Positions 13,868 to 25,524 of a DNA stretch of 64,000 nucleotides are shown here, in pieces. The notes below the pieces were generated by a model. It was not told the origin of the DNA, did no database searches, and saw only the letters and a program-made list of their open reading frames with translations. The first letter of the stretch is position 1. Each line of letters begins with the position of its first letter. The stretch spans positions 372,001 to 436,000 of the forward strand of contig QPMI01000022.1 of NCBI GenBank assembly GCA_004431415.1, in the 5' to 3' direction. A program made the position numbers and the translations under genes. The DNA is from Cyanophora paradoxa CCMP329. Lineage: Eukaryota > Plantae > Glaucophyta.

Positions 13868-16061
13868 ATGAGCGGCTTCGAGATTTACATCGACCCGGAG
13901 ATTCTGGAGGAGTATGTGGCTCAGAAGAGAAAGGCGAGGGAGATCGTGGCTCTGCTGCACGAGGAGCACCAAATCCAGATTTCGATGCGCGCCCTGCGCT
14001 ACAAGCTCAGCGACCTCGACCTCTCGACGGACTACTCTCTCTCAAAGGAGGCAGTTTACGATGTCGTAGAAGAAGCGGCGACTTTGTGCGGCGACGGATA
14101 CGGCTACGACGCGATCCGCGGGGCGCTCAGGGCCGCGGGCATCACTGTGGCGAAGTCTAGGATTCAGCACGCCCTCGCGGAGCTGGATCCGACGGGACGC
14201 AACGTTCGCCTGGGCGAGTTCGCGAAAAAGCGCAGGTCCATCCACCGCTCGACCTTCTACGGGTCCGCGCCGCCACGCCGCCCGTGCCGCACCGCCGCGC
14301 CGCGCTGACGCACGCCTTGTGCGCAGGAAGTTCTTCGGCTGGAGTGTCGGTTTCGACCAGAACGAGAAGGCGGTGCCGTACACGAACGTCTACATCTTCG
14401 CGGCCGTGGAGAATACGTCCACATTCATCCTGGACTTGCATTGCGGGCTTGCTCGCTCCACTATACAAGGCTACAAACTGTACAAGTGCGCGCGAGGGCA
14501 CACGCCTCGCAGCTGCGTGCTCCGTGACCCCAGAGCTGCAGGTCGGTCGTGGAGGAGTTCGGGGTCTTCGACACGGTCTCCTCGGACTGCGGCGCAGAGA
14601 ACCGGCTGACCTGGACAGCCCACGTGTGCTCCCTCCCACTCCTCTTGCTCACCTGCGCCGCACCTGACCCCCGGGCGCGGCCACCGAAAGGCGCTCGTGC
14701 TGGAGGAAACCGAGCGGCTGATCGACGAGGAAATTGCGAAGGGCAACATCACGGACCCCACCACCGGCCTTCCCTGGCGGAGGCTCAACTTCGAAGATCC
14801 CAACGACCTGCGCGACGCCGTCATGGTGGGCCCATCCTACCGGAACCCGAAGGTCGAGAAGAATTGGAGGTGATGGACACGCCCTCTCCCCACGCATTCC
14901 TTCTGTATTTGCTCTCTCCGGTAACACTCCATGGGCAGGTGGGTGAATGTCAAGGTCACGAAGCCCATCGTGGATGCGGCTGTGATGCTGGAGATGCTCG
15001 AGTGGTACAACAGGTGCCCTTCGTGCGACCCGCCAGTCGATGACAGCTACAGACCATGATGGCCATCCCTATGTACATGTTGGAAGGCTACAATCAGTTA
15101 CTTCTGGCTGAGACTTGCCAAATTAAGAGCTCTTAATTTGCATGCGTGCATTCGAATTCACTTGGCATGCATGCTTATTATTCTCCGCTTGCATTCAGAC
15201 TCGACCCTCAACAGCTGTTTGCCATGGCGAAGGCGACCATGTACGTGATGGAGTACGGCCTCGCCATCGCGAAGAACAGCTGGAACCACCACGTGAATTC
15301 AGGCTCCAAGGAGACGGGGGGCAGAACGGCAGGCCAGACTGGTGGTATGCACTGCGGCACCTGTTCCCTGTTCTTTAAATTGTGCTGGTCCCAGCTCACT
15401 GGGCCCGGGTGCAGGCGCGAGAACATGAACTACATGCGGCCTCTGATGTTCAACCTGCCAGAGTGGACGGAAATGAAGGATATCCACAACCAGAGGGCGG
15501 CTCTGTCAACGGCTCGGTCCTTGACAGCCGCATGAAGGACCCGTTGAGCCCGACTTCGTCGTCTTTGACGAACCCCGCACGACTCTCCGGTGTGAAATTA
15601 CCTGCCCCGGGCACTCCCTTCATTGTTTATCAAGCTTCCTCACGCTCAGGATGCTGCGGGACGAGATGTTCAAGGAATGCAATGAGGACTTGAAGGAGAT
15701 CTGGAAGCATGTGGTCAACTTCGGGCGGGAGTATGATGAGGAAGCTCCGGGGGTACGTGGACGCATTGCGGAGCAGTACTCCAGCAACCCCCTTGGAGGG
15801 CTCCCCCGGCTCTTCTTGTTCATGCTGCAGCTGAACGAGCAGCTTTCCGACCTGCACCTGTACGATGTGTCCATCCCCGGCTGGATGCAGTGGGTGCACG
15901 ACGCACCCGCCAACAACGACGCGCCCCGTGCCCGGTCAATGCAGGGGATGGGCTTCTTCCCACCGGACGAGTACCTGCTGGAGCCCCAGGAAATGCGTGC
16001 AGCTTTCTTTTATTATGTGCACAATTTCGATCCCCTCGTGCGCGGCCCCCGGGCCCGCTAG
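13868..16061 (+). CDS. IS3EU-like DDE transposase/integrase with N-terminal Clr5/HTH-like domains; multi-exon
   Basis: HTH-like N-terminus (ISMRALRYKLSDLDL; GYDAIRGALRAAGITVAKSRIQHALAELDP). The integrase core has WSVGF-D-QNEK, VSS-D-CGAEN, GPSYRNPKV-E-KNWR and WNHH, matching the family pattern WHxDGxxK / RxDxGxEN / SxxNxxIERxWR / WNxH. Possible frameshift near 15500-15560. Confidence 0.85.
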
Positions 16062-16159
16062 GCTAGCCCTCTAGCGGCCCTCTAGCCCTAGCTTGATATA
16101 GCTAGCTCTGGCTATGTCTAATGAAACGCTCTCTCCTGCTCGCACTGGGCGGGAAAGGA

Positions 16160-19155
16160 AATGGAAACATCCACATACAGCAAAGTGACATTGACCTAGG
16201 CCTAGAGCTCGGGATGAACATCCAGAGACAGAACTACCTTCAAGCTTCACCTCGGCTGCAGCCAGCCTAGATGCGAGCAGCTCCCCGACAATACCTGCAG
16301 CTCGAGTGAGTTTCCAAATGCCTGCAGGTGCGGGGACGAGCGCAAGGACTCGATGGGCGCACGGGCTCAAGAAGAGGGGAAGCGCGGCCGATGCAGACGC
16401 GCTTGCGTGCGCGCTTTCGCCACGCAGCCGTGGCCCTTCCGCGACTCCGGCGATCGTAATGCTCCCGCCAGGCTTGCCGGAGCGCGCGCCGAAGCCGCAG
16501 CGGGACGCCACCTGCGGTATTGACGCCATCGTAAATGGCCCGTGCGGCGCCGCGGGCGGTGCACGGGCGCTGCGCCGGCGATGGGATCGCAGTCTGTGTG
16601 TGTACCGTAGGCGGATGCGAGCCTCGGGCGTGCCTATTCGCAGCCCGCCGCGAGGAACAGGTGTGTTGCCAACTGGCACGCCCGAGCGAGGCGGCGCGGG
16701 GCGGGGCTGGGCGGCGCCCAGGTCACTGGCGGCTCGCTCGCGCCGAGCTCGCTGCAGGAGCGCTCGGCGGGCTCCGGGATGGCTGAGTCCGGTGTACCCG
16801 GAGAATTGGGGTACACATCGAAAATGCGCACGCCGCGTCTGGCCTCGCCGGCGCAGCTCAACACACCCAAAAGGCGCGCCGTGAAAGCTATATAGCCGAG
16901 CGTAACCACTGGATCAAGTACCGTCACGCGGAAGCGATTGCTGACTGGGCAAACGGCGGCTTTGAAGGACCGAAGCCGCAGCCGCCGGCGCCACCGAGGA
17001 CCTCATAGCTAAGACAGCTGTTGAGGACAGCACCTGCAGACAGCTGTTCGCTGCGCAGCCGCCGACCAAGACGTCGACGCCAGCCAGCAGCCAGCGCCAG
17101 CCACCGCCATCAGCTGCAGCCCGCCTCAGAAAGCGACCGTTGACGTGCACGATTGCGCTCCGCACTCCCCCCTCGCCCCGTCGCCGGAGCCGATCGCCCT
17201 TAGTGCAACGGTCACTGCGACGTGCGTTGCCCGCGATCCGTCGCCATCCGCGCTGATGATACCTGTACAGGAATGAATCAGAGCTAACTGAAAACAAGGC
17301 TGAGGAGGCGGCGCCACCCGCGCCGGCTGCGTCGCCGGATGTGCCTGGCCGTGTGCCCGTGTTCCTGTTCTTCGTTCCAGTCGAGTGCGTGCTCTGCTGC
17401 TGCACAACAGTTGTACCAATCTCTTACAGTCGTGCGGCGCCCCTAGGGTCGATCCTGTGCCGCCCACGCCCGCTCCTGCTGAAGAAGTTCTCTGCCCCCC
17501 ACGGAGGAGGAGTTAGCCGAGATGGCGGCTATGGACTTGTCCGAGGGCGCTATACAGGAGCTGAGGTCTGCAGATGCTGCTGCATAGCAGATGTTTTTGC
17601 TGACAGTCGTGAACGTGCAGAGCACGTGCATCAATTTCGAAGGAGGACAAGGAGGCTGTTGATCTTCTGATCGGGATCAATGCAACCTGCTCAGTCTGTT
17701 TGAGCTCAGTCCAGGATCCTGAGAGAGGGCTCCCTGTGACGGTGGCCGACAGCGAGGGGAAGATCTGTTCCCACAAGTTCCATGAATCCTGCATCATGGA
17801 CCTGCTGAAGCACGGGAGGCCGTCCTGTCCTGAGTGGTACATACTAATCCCGCCCCCCCCCACCCACCCCCTGTGACAGTACCTTTCTGATCTCTTTACA
17901 GTCGCATGGATATCCGCACTGTGGCAAGGCTCAGCGGTGAGAGAGTGAAGACCATCTCCGAGGCTGAGTTCAAGGAGTGCAACCAGCACTTCCACGATGA
18001 CGTCGGCCTTCAGGCAACGGAGGCTTTAATCATTGCGGAGGCAGTAGATGCGGGCGCAGGTTCTCAGTCTCAAGCACCCCCTCTCCCCCTCCAGACTACC
18101 GCAGGCAGCCTGGACGGCGATGGACTTATCGTTGCCTCGTCTGCGGCGAAAACTTCCCCAACTACCACAGCCACCCTACTTGTGCTGCCACAACAAGGAA
18201 TCCATCTGCCAGCACGAGCCGGGCGGCTGCGGGCGGTCGGAAGAGGCGTGCATCAAGCGAAAGCACGTCAGGAGAGATGCATGAACGCCTACCACCCTGA
18301 ATGTGTGAACTTCGTGGTCGAGAATGGATTCAAAATGATGGAATATCTCTGTGTGTCCTTTGCATTACATTCGCGATTCAAGACCTCGCTAACGTTTTGT
18401 GTAGGCCTCGCCTGCTGCTGCCAGAAATGCCATTTGCCGGATCGGAGGATGATCCCTCTCTGAATGGCGAACTCCTCATCTGCGATGGGAGGGCGTGCGG
18501 CAGGGCGTGGCACGTCGAATGTGCTGGTTTTTCGGATGCCACCATACCCGAGGGCAAGTGGTACTGTGCGTGCCTCTGGATACTGGATGTTCATGCATCG
18601 CATTCCTAACACATGCCTTTTAGGCCTTGAGTGCTCGGAGTCAAGGAGAAGAAGAGGAGGAGGAAGGAGGAGCGGCGGCAAGCGATGCGGCGTGCAAAGG
18701 ATGAGCGGCGGCAAGCAACGCGGCGTGCACAGGAGGAGCAGGAGGAAGAGGAGGAGGAGAGGAGGAGGAAGAGGAGGAGGAGGAGCAGGAGGCGGAAGAG
18801 GAGGAGCAGGAGTCAGAGAACGAAGAGAACGAAGAGCAGCTGAAGCAGAAGGAGGCGTGGGAACAGCGGAAGCGGCTCACAGCAGCGCGCGTCAGCGCCG
18901 CCCCCACTGTCGGCACAAAGAGAGTGCGCGAGGCGAAACAACGCCAGGCGGCGGCCCTCGCGAAGATTGCCCAGCACAGGCAGCGCACTGTAGAACGTGC
19001 CGTAGCGAGCATGAGAAGATAATCGCAGGCTTTGTATGCATCTGTGCGCACAATGTAAATATTTTGATTCAGGGCTCAAGCTTGAGATCCTCGTCATCCG
19101 GGCAGGGTCACAAACTACAAGAGCTAGCTTGCGGATCCGTTCCTCCACTGCCTGA
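16160..19155 (+). CDS. RING-finger and PHD-finger protein with acidic coiled-coil tail (transposon cargo; frameshifted, boundaries approximate)
   Basis: CDGG...CSHKFHESCI...SCPE (RING-like, ~17735-17835); CMNAYHPECV; CQKC...LLICDGRACGRAWHVECAGFSDATIPEGKWYC (canonical PHD, ~18413-18570); E/R-rich tail. Confidence 0.72.
16207..16825 (+). repeat. Internal repeat A, copy 1 (~600 bp; inverted copy at 25525-26188)
   Basis: The same sequence and peptide (PKPQRDATCGIDAIVNGPCG...GWLSPVYPE) are found on the minus strand at 25525-26188. Confidence 0.92.
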
Positions 19156-21082
19156 TCCAGCACTCATTCGCACTTCCATCTGGTTTACTTGTGAGCAGCT
19201 GTGAGCGGAGAGCAGCCTGCACGTTGAGCTGGCTATCGCTACATGTGGGGAACATGAGCGTGTACACAGCAGCCCAGATCCACACACCGCACTGGAGCAA
19301 AGTGCATCAGGAAAGACAATACAGATACTCTAGAAAAGAACTCACATCGACGCAATTAAACTGAACAGCGTGGTCGTAGATGTTCCCCAGCACACTTACT
19401 CTATGGGAGTGGAGCATATCTGCAACCTTACCCAATGTTTTCGTCCAATTCATTGAATCGGCGAAGGTGCAGACAGTCTGACGTCCTTCTTTGCGGAGGT
19501 AGCCGAGAATCCTGTGTGTTGCATCAGACATCGATCTACGGAAGCAGTCTGCACGGCACACCAGTGTCCAACCTCACGCCCTGTGGGTGTCCTGTGATTT
19601 GTGTTGAAGCAAAAGAGCACATGCTTGCCCTGTCGAGCTAAGTCGACCAGCAGATGAATGTAGGCCGTGTTGTCGAGGAGGCCGAAGGGGCACGGGCTCT
19701 CCACATGCCACAGCGGGTTTCTCCATTGACTGCTGACAAGCATGAGAAGATAGATGCCTGAGGCACAGACACACACGGAAGAAGTCGGTCAAAACCATTG
19801 ATCTGAGACAGAACGAAGAACTGTACGTTTACCTGTCTGCACTTGAGAGGTAGTAAGTGGAATCTTGCCGTCTTCGGGGATCATCGCCAAGTCATCAATG
19901 ACATTCCGCACATACTCTCGTACTGGTTTCTTGGCGTCGCTGATCTTCATCGGCTTCAGTTCCTGACGACCTGGCATGGAACTGTCAGTCAATTGCCATC
20001 AACTGTGCATTCTGCAGCATACCCGGCTTCTGGTCGGAAGCTATGCATTCCTCCCCTTCATCCCATTCATTCCTATCGGTTGTGGCCGGTGTAGGATTTT
20101 CGATCTCGACGTCGACCACAGGAATCGACATGCCCACAGAGCGTAGAGCTGCTGCTCGGGCAGGCCTAATCCTCCGAGAAAGGGGCGAGACGGCGACGGC
20201 AGGGCGGGCGGGGACGGGGAGGTGGAGGCAGGAGGGGTGGCAGGAGGGGCTGGGGGAGGAACGGAAGGAGGCGCGGGGGAGGGGCGAAGGGAGAGGCGGA
20301 GGGAGGGCAAAGGAGAGGCGGGGGAGGGCAAAGGGAGAGGCGGGGAGGAGGTGCGGCAAAGGGAGGAGGAGCGGGGGGGGAAACAACCCCATCTGCCGCG
20401 GCATCTGCCGCGGGGGGGGCTGCAGCGGGAGGGACAGCAACGAGCGCTGCGGCCAGGCGCAGCGGCGGATCCTTCTTGAAGGCGTCGGCAGCGAGCCGGA
20501 CCAGGAAATCTCTCAGCGTCTCGCGTGGTGCGTCCTTGTACACGTGCATGTAAACGGCTTGCACTTGCGCGAGCATTTGCACGCATGTGTGCATATGCGT
20601 GATCACAGGAGGCCCGCATACTCCGTTTTCCCCATAATACACCGATTCCGAGATAGCACACCTGCAGGCAGAGTCAGCAAACACCGCGCACGAGTTACCG
20701 CGGCGGGGCGCACGCGCGGCCAGCGATAGCCCCGATCCAAAGGAGGATCCTGCAGATCTCGCAGACGTGAACGACACGCTTCGAGCTATCTGTGTAAAGC
20801 TGGGTGTTGCGCTTGACTTGCTGCCCCGTCAAGGGATCGTACACCTGCTTGCTGAACGTGTCCTTCACGCCGAGGATCATGCATGTCTGCTCCAGGTGCC
20901 GCACGCCGACGGGCAATCCTGTATCGGGATCCAGATCGTAAAAGCCGTTGGCTAGCCCCCAGCTCGGTGGCCGCCGGCATCCGGGGCAGCACGATTCCTG
21001 CGCGCGGCCTTTCCGCGCCCGGCTCGCTTGTCTGTGCGTCTGTACGCGGCCTCCGCTTCCGTTCCTCGGCCGGCGCTGACAT
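19070..21082 (-). CDS. Ulp1/SENP-like (C48) cysteine protease (transposon cargo; frameshifted)
   Basis: Catalytic motifs occur in order: FNTN...GHW (~19565), FADSM (~19460), and QFNCVD|CGVWI spliced across a GT-AG intron (~19345/19291). Confidence 0.72.
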
Positions 21083-21332
21083 GTCTGCCGTGCCGAAGGC
21101 CGCCTATGTGTATGACGGCTGCCCAAATGGGCGTCAGCGCGGGAATTCCGAAGATTGCGCGGGGCGTGCGGCGTGATTTAGCACAAGAGGGCTAGCACCG
21201 CGGTAGGAGCTGAGCAGAAGCCTTGCCGTTGAGCTCAGAGCAGGAGAACGGGACGGCGGGTGCTCCGGCAGGGGTACCGGTACCGAAGCCCCAGCGCTGG
21301 GATCTCGAGCTGGTGGGCAGTTCCGAAGCAAA

Positions 21333-22038
21333 ATGTATAGGCAGCTGCGTCGTCTCGCTTCGGCCGGAGGTACTGAACTGGTATGTGCGCTGAGTGCGCT
21401 GCGCCGCCAGTGGGTCGCCTGTGCGCTAACTGCCAGGCTGCACTCGCTGCCGGCAGGTAACGGCAAGGACGCGTGGTGTGAGCGTGCGCTCGTTCGACTG
21501 CCGCTCGTGCCGCCAGTATCGCTGCGAGTAAAGTTTGCCGCAGACCCGCGGCGAGGCCGTCTGCCGCGCACCACCGCTGCCATCGGCATCGATCGCCGCG
21601 CGGGCTGGCTTCTGCCGAAGCAGTCGGGCATCTGGCGCGCCGGGACCGGCCTCTTCGTGGAGCGGCCGGGCGTGCGCCGTGGTGCAGTTGTTTTCAGACC
21701 AGGTGACCTCATCACCCCGTACCGCGGGACGATCTACACGAAGACTCAAGCGCTGGAGATTTTCGCTCGCGAGCCCTCGCGTCGCCTCTACAGCATCTCG
21801 TTCAAAGGCAAGTACGGGCACACGTACGTCCTCGACGCCACCGACTTTCGGAGGCGAGCCTAGCGCGCTTCGCAAATGACGCGGATAAGCCCGGGACTCA
21901 CCCCGCTTCTCGAACAACGCCTTCTTCCGCGTGGAGAAGGACGGGCAGGTCTGGCTAGTCGCCGACTGCGTCCTCAAGCAGGGGATGGAGATCTTCGTCC
22001 CGTACGGGCAGCTGTACTGGAGCGTGCTGGCTCGCTAG
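21333..22038 (+). CDS. Minimal SET-domain lysine methyltransferase (two frameshifts: pseudogene or assembly errors)
   Basis: SGIWRAGTGLF, GDLITPYRG, YVLDA, then after shifts SLARFAND, NNAFF and GMEIFVPYGQLYW*: the full set of SET motifs. Confidence 0.8.
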
Positions 22039-22303
22039 CTCTCTTCTCGTATCTCACGCGCTATCCTGGCGTTGTAGACCTCCTTTTCTCTCTTTTCCGG
22101 TTCTGTTTCTTCTCCCATCCAAATGAACCCAGTCTCTCTCATGCCAGCAGCTAGCTCTGGGATGGCAGACTGGCCTGCGGCTGCGCACGCGCCAACGCGA
22201 CACCGCATGCACTGTGCGTCGAAGCGGGATGCGATGGCAAAAGAAAGAGCGCGGCTCTTGATGGGATGGGAAGAAATGTGACGCGAGTGAGCGCGCGACG
22301 TGT

Positions 22304-23593
22304 CGCGGCAACCGCGGCATTTTGAGTCTATCCGCGGCAACTCCGCGGCAGTTACGTGAGAATTAATTAACCACGAAATTAAAAAAGGGGGTAGTCCAAA
22401 TGACGCGGCATCTTCGCGGCATTCCGCGCTACTAACAAATTCTGCGGCAATTACCGGTAGATGTCGTTAAATCCGGCAGTTGGCGACAGAACGCGGCATC
22501 CAAGGCGTCGTCGCGCTGCTTTCGCGGCTCTCGCCCGAGAATTAATTAACCACGAAATTAAAAAGTGGGGTAGTGTGATTGACGCGGTGTTTCCGCGGCA
22601 CTCCGCGCTACTAGCGGCAATTACTGCCACACGTCGTCAAATTCGGTAGTTAGCGTCAAAATGCGGCATCCGCGATGGAATCGCGTTTTCTACGCGACGG
22701 TTTCCCAAGAATTAATTAACCACGAAATAAAAAAGGGGGTAGTCCAAATAACGCGGCAACTTCGCGGCAGTTTTCCCTAACCGCGGCATGATTTGACAAT
22801 CGCGGTACATTGCGGTTGTTCGCGGCAAATACGAATCGCGGCGTCAATTCTGGCTTGCCATCTGGCGCGGATCGTGAGCTTCATGATCATGAGGCGCGTT
22901 TTCTCCCGCGTCATGATGCCTGCATGTCCAGAGGTACTCTATAAATATTTTAATCATGTTTAGGAGGAGGCGGGATTGTGCATGCAGACCACAGACACAT
23001 GTGTCGAACAGAAAAGTACAGGATGAACTGTCAGACTGACAATTCATGAATTGCCATAAAGCACTGAAGCTAGGGTGGTCTGTGGAAAAAGCGCACACGT
23101 TCTAAGCATGATTAAAATACTTATATAGTTCCTCTGAACATGCCTGCATCATGATGCGGAGGAAACGCGCGTCATGATCATGAAGCTCATGATCTGCGCC
23201 TCATCGGGACATACGAAGCGACGCCGCGGTTCTGTAGAGCCGCAAAATGCCGACAAACCTCGCGAGAACCGCTAATTGCCGCTAGTAGCGCGGAGTGCCG
23301 CGGAAACACCGCGTCAATCACACTACCCCCACTTTTTAATTTCGTGGTTAATTAATTCTCGGGCGAGAGCCGCGAAAGCAGCGCGACGACGCCTTGGATG
23401 CCGCGTTCTGTCGCCAACTGCCGGATTTAACGACATCTACCGGTAATTGCCGCAGAATTTGTTAGTAGCGCGGAATGCCGCGAAGATGCCGCGTCATTTG
23501 GACTACCCCCTTTTTTAATTTCGTGGTTAATTAATTCTCACGTAACTGCCGCGGAGTTGCCGCGGATAGACTCAAAATGCCGCGGTTGCCGCG
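22304..23593. repeat. 1.3-kb nested palindrome: outer arms 22304-22623/23273-23593, inner arms 22864-22965/23100-23200
   Basis: Outer arms are reverse complements, with one indel noticed in ~320 bp. Five copies of (G/A)AGAATTAATTAACCACGAAAT(T/A)AAAAA..GGGGTAGT occur at 22358, 22537, 22707 and reversed at ~23323 and ~23502. Inner arms are ~100 bp and imperfect. Confidence 0.95.
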
Positions 23594-23673
23594 GATGACG
23601 CGGATTGTCGCGAACGTTCAAAGAACGCGTTCTGCCGCGGAATGCCGCTCGGGGGTTCACACTACCCAAGACG

Positions 23674-24804
23674 ATGGCGGGAGCGTCGGTGGACAGCAGC
23701 ACGCAAGTGGAGCGGCCTTGCTGCAACGAGAAAGTCATGACGATCGTCGAGCACAGTCTGAATGTGCGTTGCCTTTGTGGTCCGCGCGACGGTAGCGGCG
23801 CCACCAGCTATCTGATGAACTTCGGAATTCCCACAGCACCTCAACGAGAGGCTTGCCGATAAGCAAGCGGAGGTGGACACTTTGCACCGAAGGTGGCCGA
23901 GATGGAGGCCAGGGAGAGAGCGAACGAATTCGTCGGACCGCAGATTCTGGGACTGACAAAGGTGCGCGTGCGATGCGCATGCGGCGCTCAGCATGCCTCA
24001 GCTCTGCGGCAGGACGTATGCGACAGGTACCGCGAGGTGAAAGAGGAGCTGAGCAAGTCTCAGAAGGCGCTGGCCGATGCGAACGCCCGAATCCGTGAGG
24101 TCGATCTGGGACTGACAAAGGTGCGCGTGCGATGCGCATGCGGCCGCTCAGCATGCCTCAGCTCTGCGGCAGGACGTATGCGACAGTACCGCGAGGTGAA
24201 AGAGGAGCTGAGCAAGTCTGAGAAGGCGCGGGCCGATGCGAACGCCCGAATCCGTGAGGTCGAGGAGGCGAGCTCGATCTTCGCAGTACGATGCTCGGAG
24301 CTCGCAGTGCGATGCCACGTGCCTTAGTTCTGCTCGCAGATCCTTGGCAAGAGGATGCGCGACGAATTGGAGTGCGGGTGCGCACGAAGGACAGTGCGTG
24401 GTCATTCCATTTGCTGCGCCTAGACGTGCCGCGCCTTTGCTGATAAATGTGCCCGATGCAGATCTCAAGGACATCATGGCCTACAGAGCGGGTTGCGACT
24501 ACATCGGTGTGATGCTGGATGCACGCCCTTAATGAGATCTTTGTAGGGCTTCAACTCCGAGAGATCCCCTCAGGCTTCATTGTTTTTCTGTTCAGATGCT
24601 TTTAAGTCCATATTGATTGCCTTTCTTGCCCGCGGCCCTGTGGCTTGTGCAGCGTGTCAAAGGAGCAAAAGTAGCTGCTTAAAGAATAATTGTACACAAA
24701 TGAAAGGGCACAAGCAAGGAACGTGCAAAGTGAAGGATGCGAAGGGCACATGCACACGAGTCACCTACTCCATCATTGACCTGTACATATCTATAGGTCT
24801 GTAG
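23674..24804 (+). CDS. Hypothetical cargo protein X: coiled-coil plus Cys-rich C-terminus, with duplicated exon
   Basis: MAGASVDSST...; an exon/intron unit is duplicated in tandem (~23947-24106 / ~24106-24263); DLKDIMAYRAGCDYIGVMLD; CAACQRSKSSC...HKQGTC. Confidence 0.5.
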
Positions 24805-24849
24805 ATTTTCTCGGGCTGGTCGGGACCGAGGGTCCAGCCGTAGGCAAAT

Positions 24850-25500
24850 GCGAAGTACCTGTGAGCAAGCAGCGCCTCAGCGGAACAGCGGAACGCATTG
24901 CAGCGGCGCGGACCCGTTGTATCGGGGGCGCGCGGGCGTAGTTGACGAAGCGATCGCGGAGCTCCTTCCGGCCCTGCACAGCTGGGTTGTAGGCACGGCA
25001 TGTGTGACCTGCACACCGCGGCAAGGCACGCGTGAGCCAGATTGGATAGACTGGGGATATACTAGTGCAGCATGGCAGATCGCACTCTATCTTCATGGCG
25101 CGGCGCTGGCGACGCGCTGAATCCATGACTCCGACGCTTTGATTCCTCGCTCGCGGAGGATCGCGCGGATCCCGCGGACCTCGCGCCACACCGGATCGAA
25201 CACCGCGAGGGCCTTCCGAATCCTCGACTTCGACGCTGTGATGCTTGGGCGCGGAGGGCCGTGCGGATCATGCCGCCGCCGAAAAGGGGCCATTTAAGTT
25301 AACAACTCCAGCACGGCGACACAAAGGACATTGAAAGAGAGAGCGTAGTTCGTTGAGAGGCCAAGCTCGCGGAGCCTGGAGCGCAGAGCGCGCTGTTGAG
25401 GTTGATGCCGTGCTGCTCGCTAGCAGAGTCAGTATCTCAGCGGCCGTCTTCCTCTGGTCCACGTAGCCGCGCAGAGTCTCCTCCTCGATGCTGCTTGGCT
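24850..25500 (-). pseudogene. Degenerate paralogue of the transposase N-terminal HTH region
   Basis: IEEETLRGYVDQRKTAAEILTLL, MIRTALRAQ-SITASKSRIRKALAVFDP and IRAILRERGIKASESWIQR align to transposase IDPEILEEYVAQKRKAREIVALL and AIRGALRAAGITVAKSRIQHALAELDP. Frameshifted; no DDE core seen. Confidence 0.72.
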
Positions 25501-25524
25501 GGGCCGGGCTCGCGCCACCGCGGC

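Noticed and set aside
22358-22745. Three ~38-bp direct repeats with ~135-140-bp spacers as a CRISPR-like array
   Set aside because: The spacers are too long and resemble each other, there are no cas genes, and the context is eukaryotic; they are subunits of the palindrome arms.
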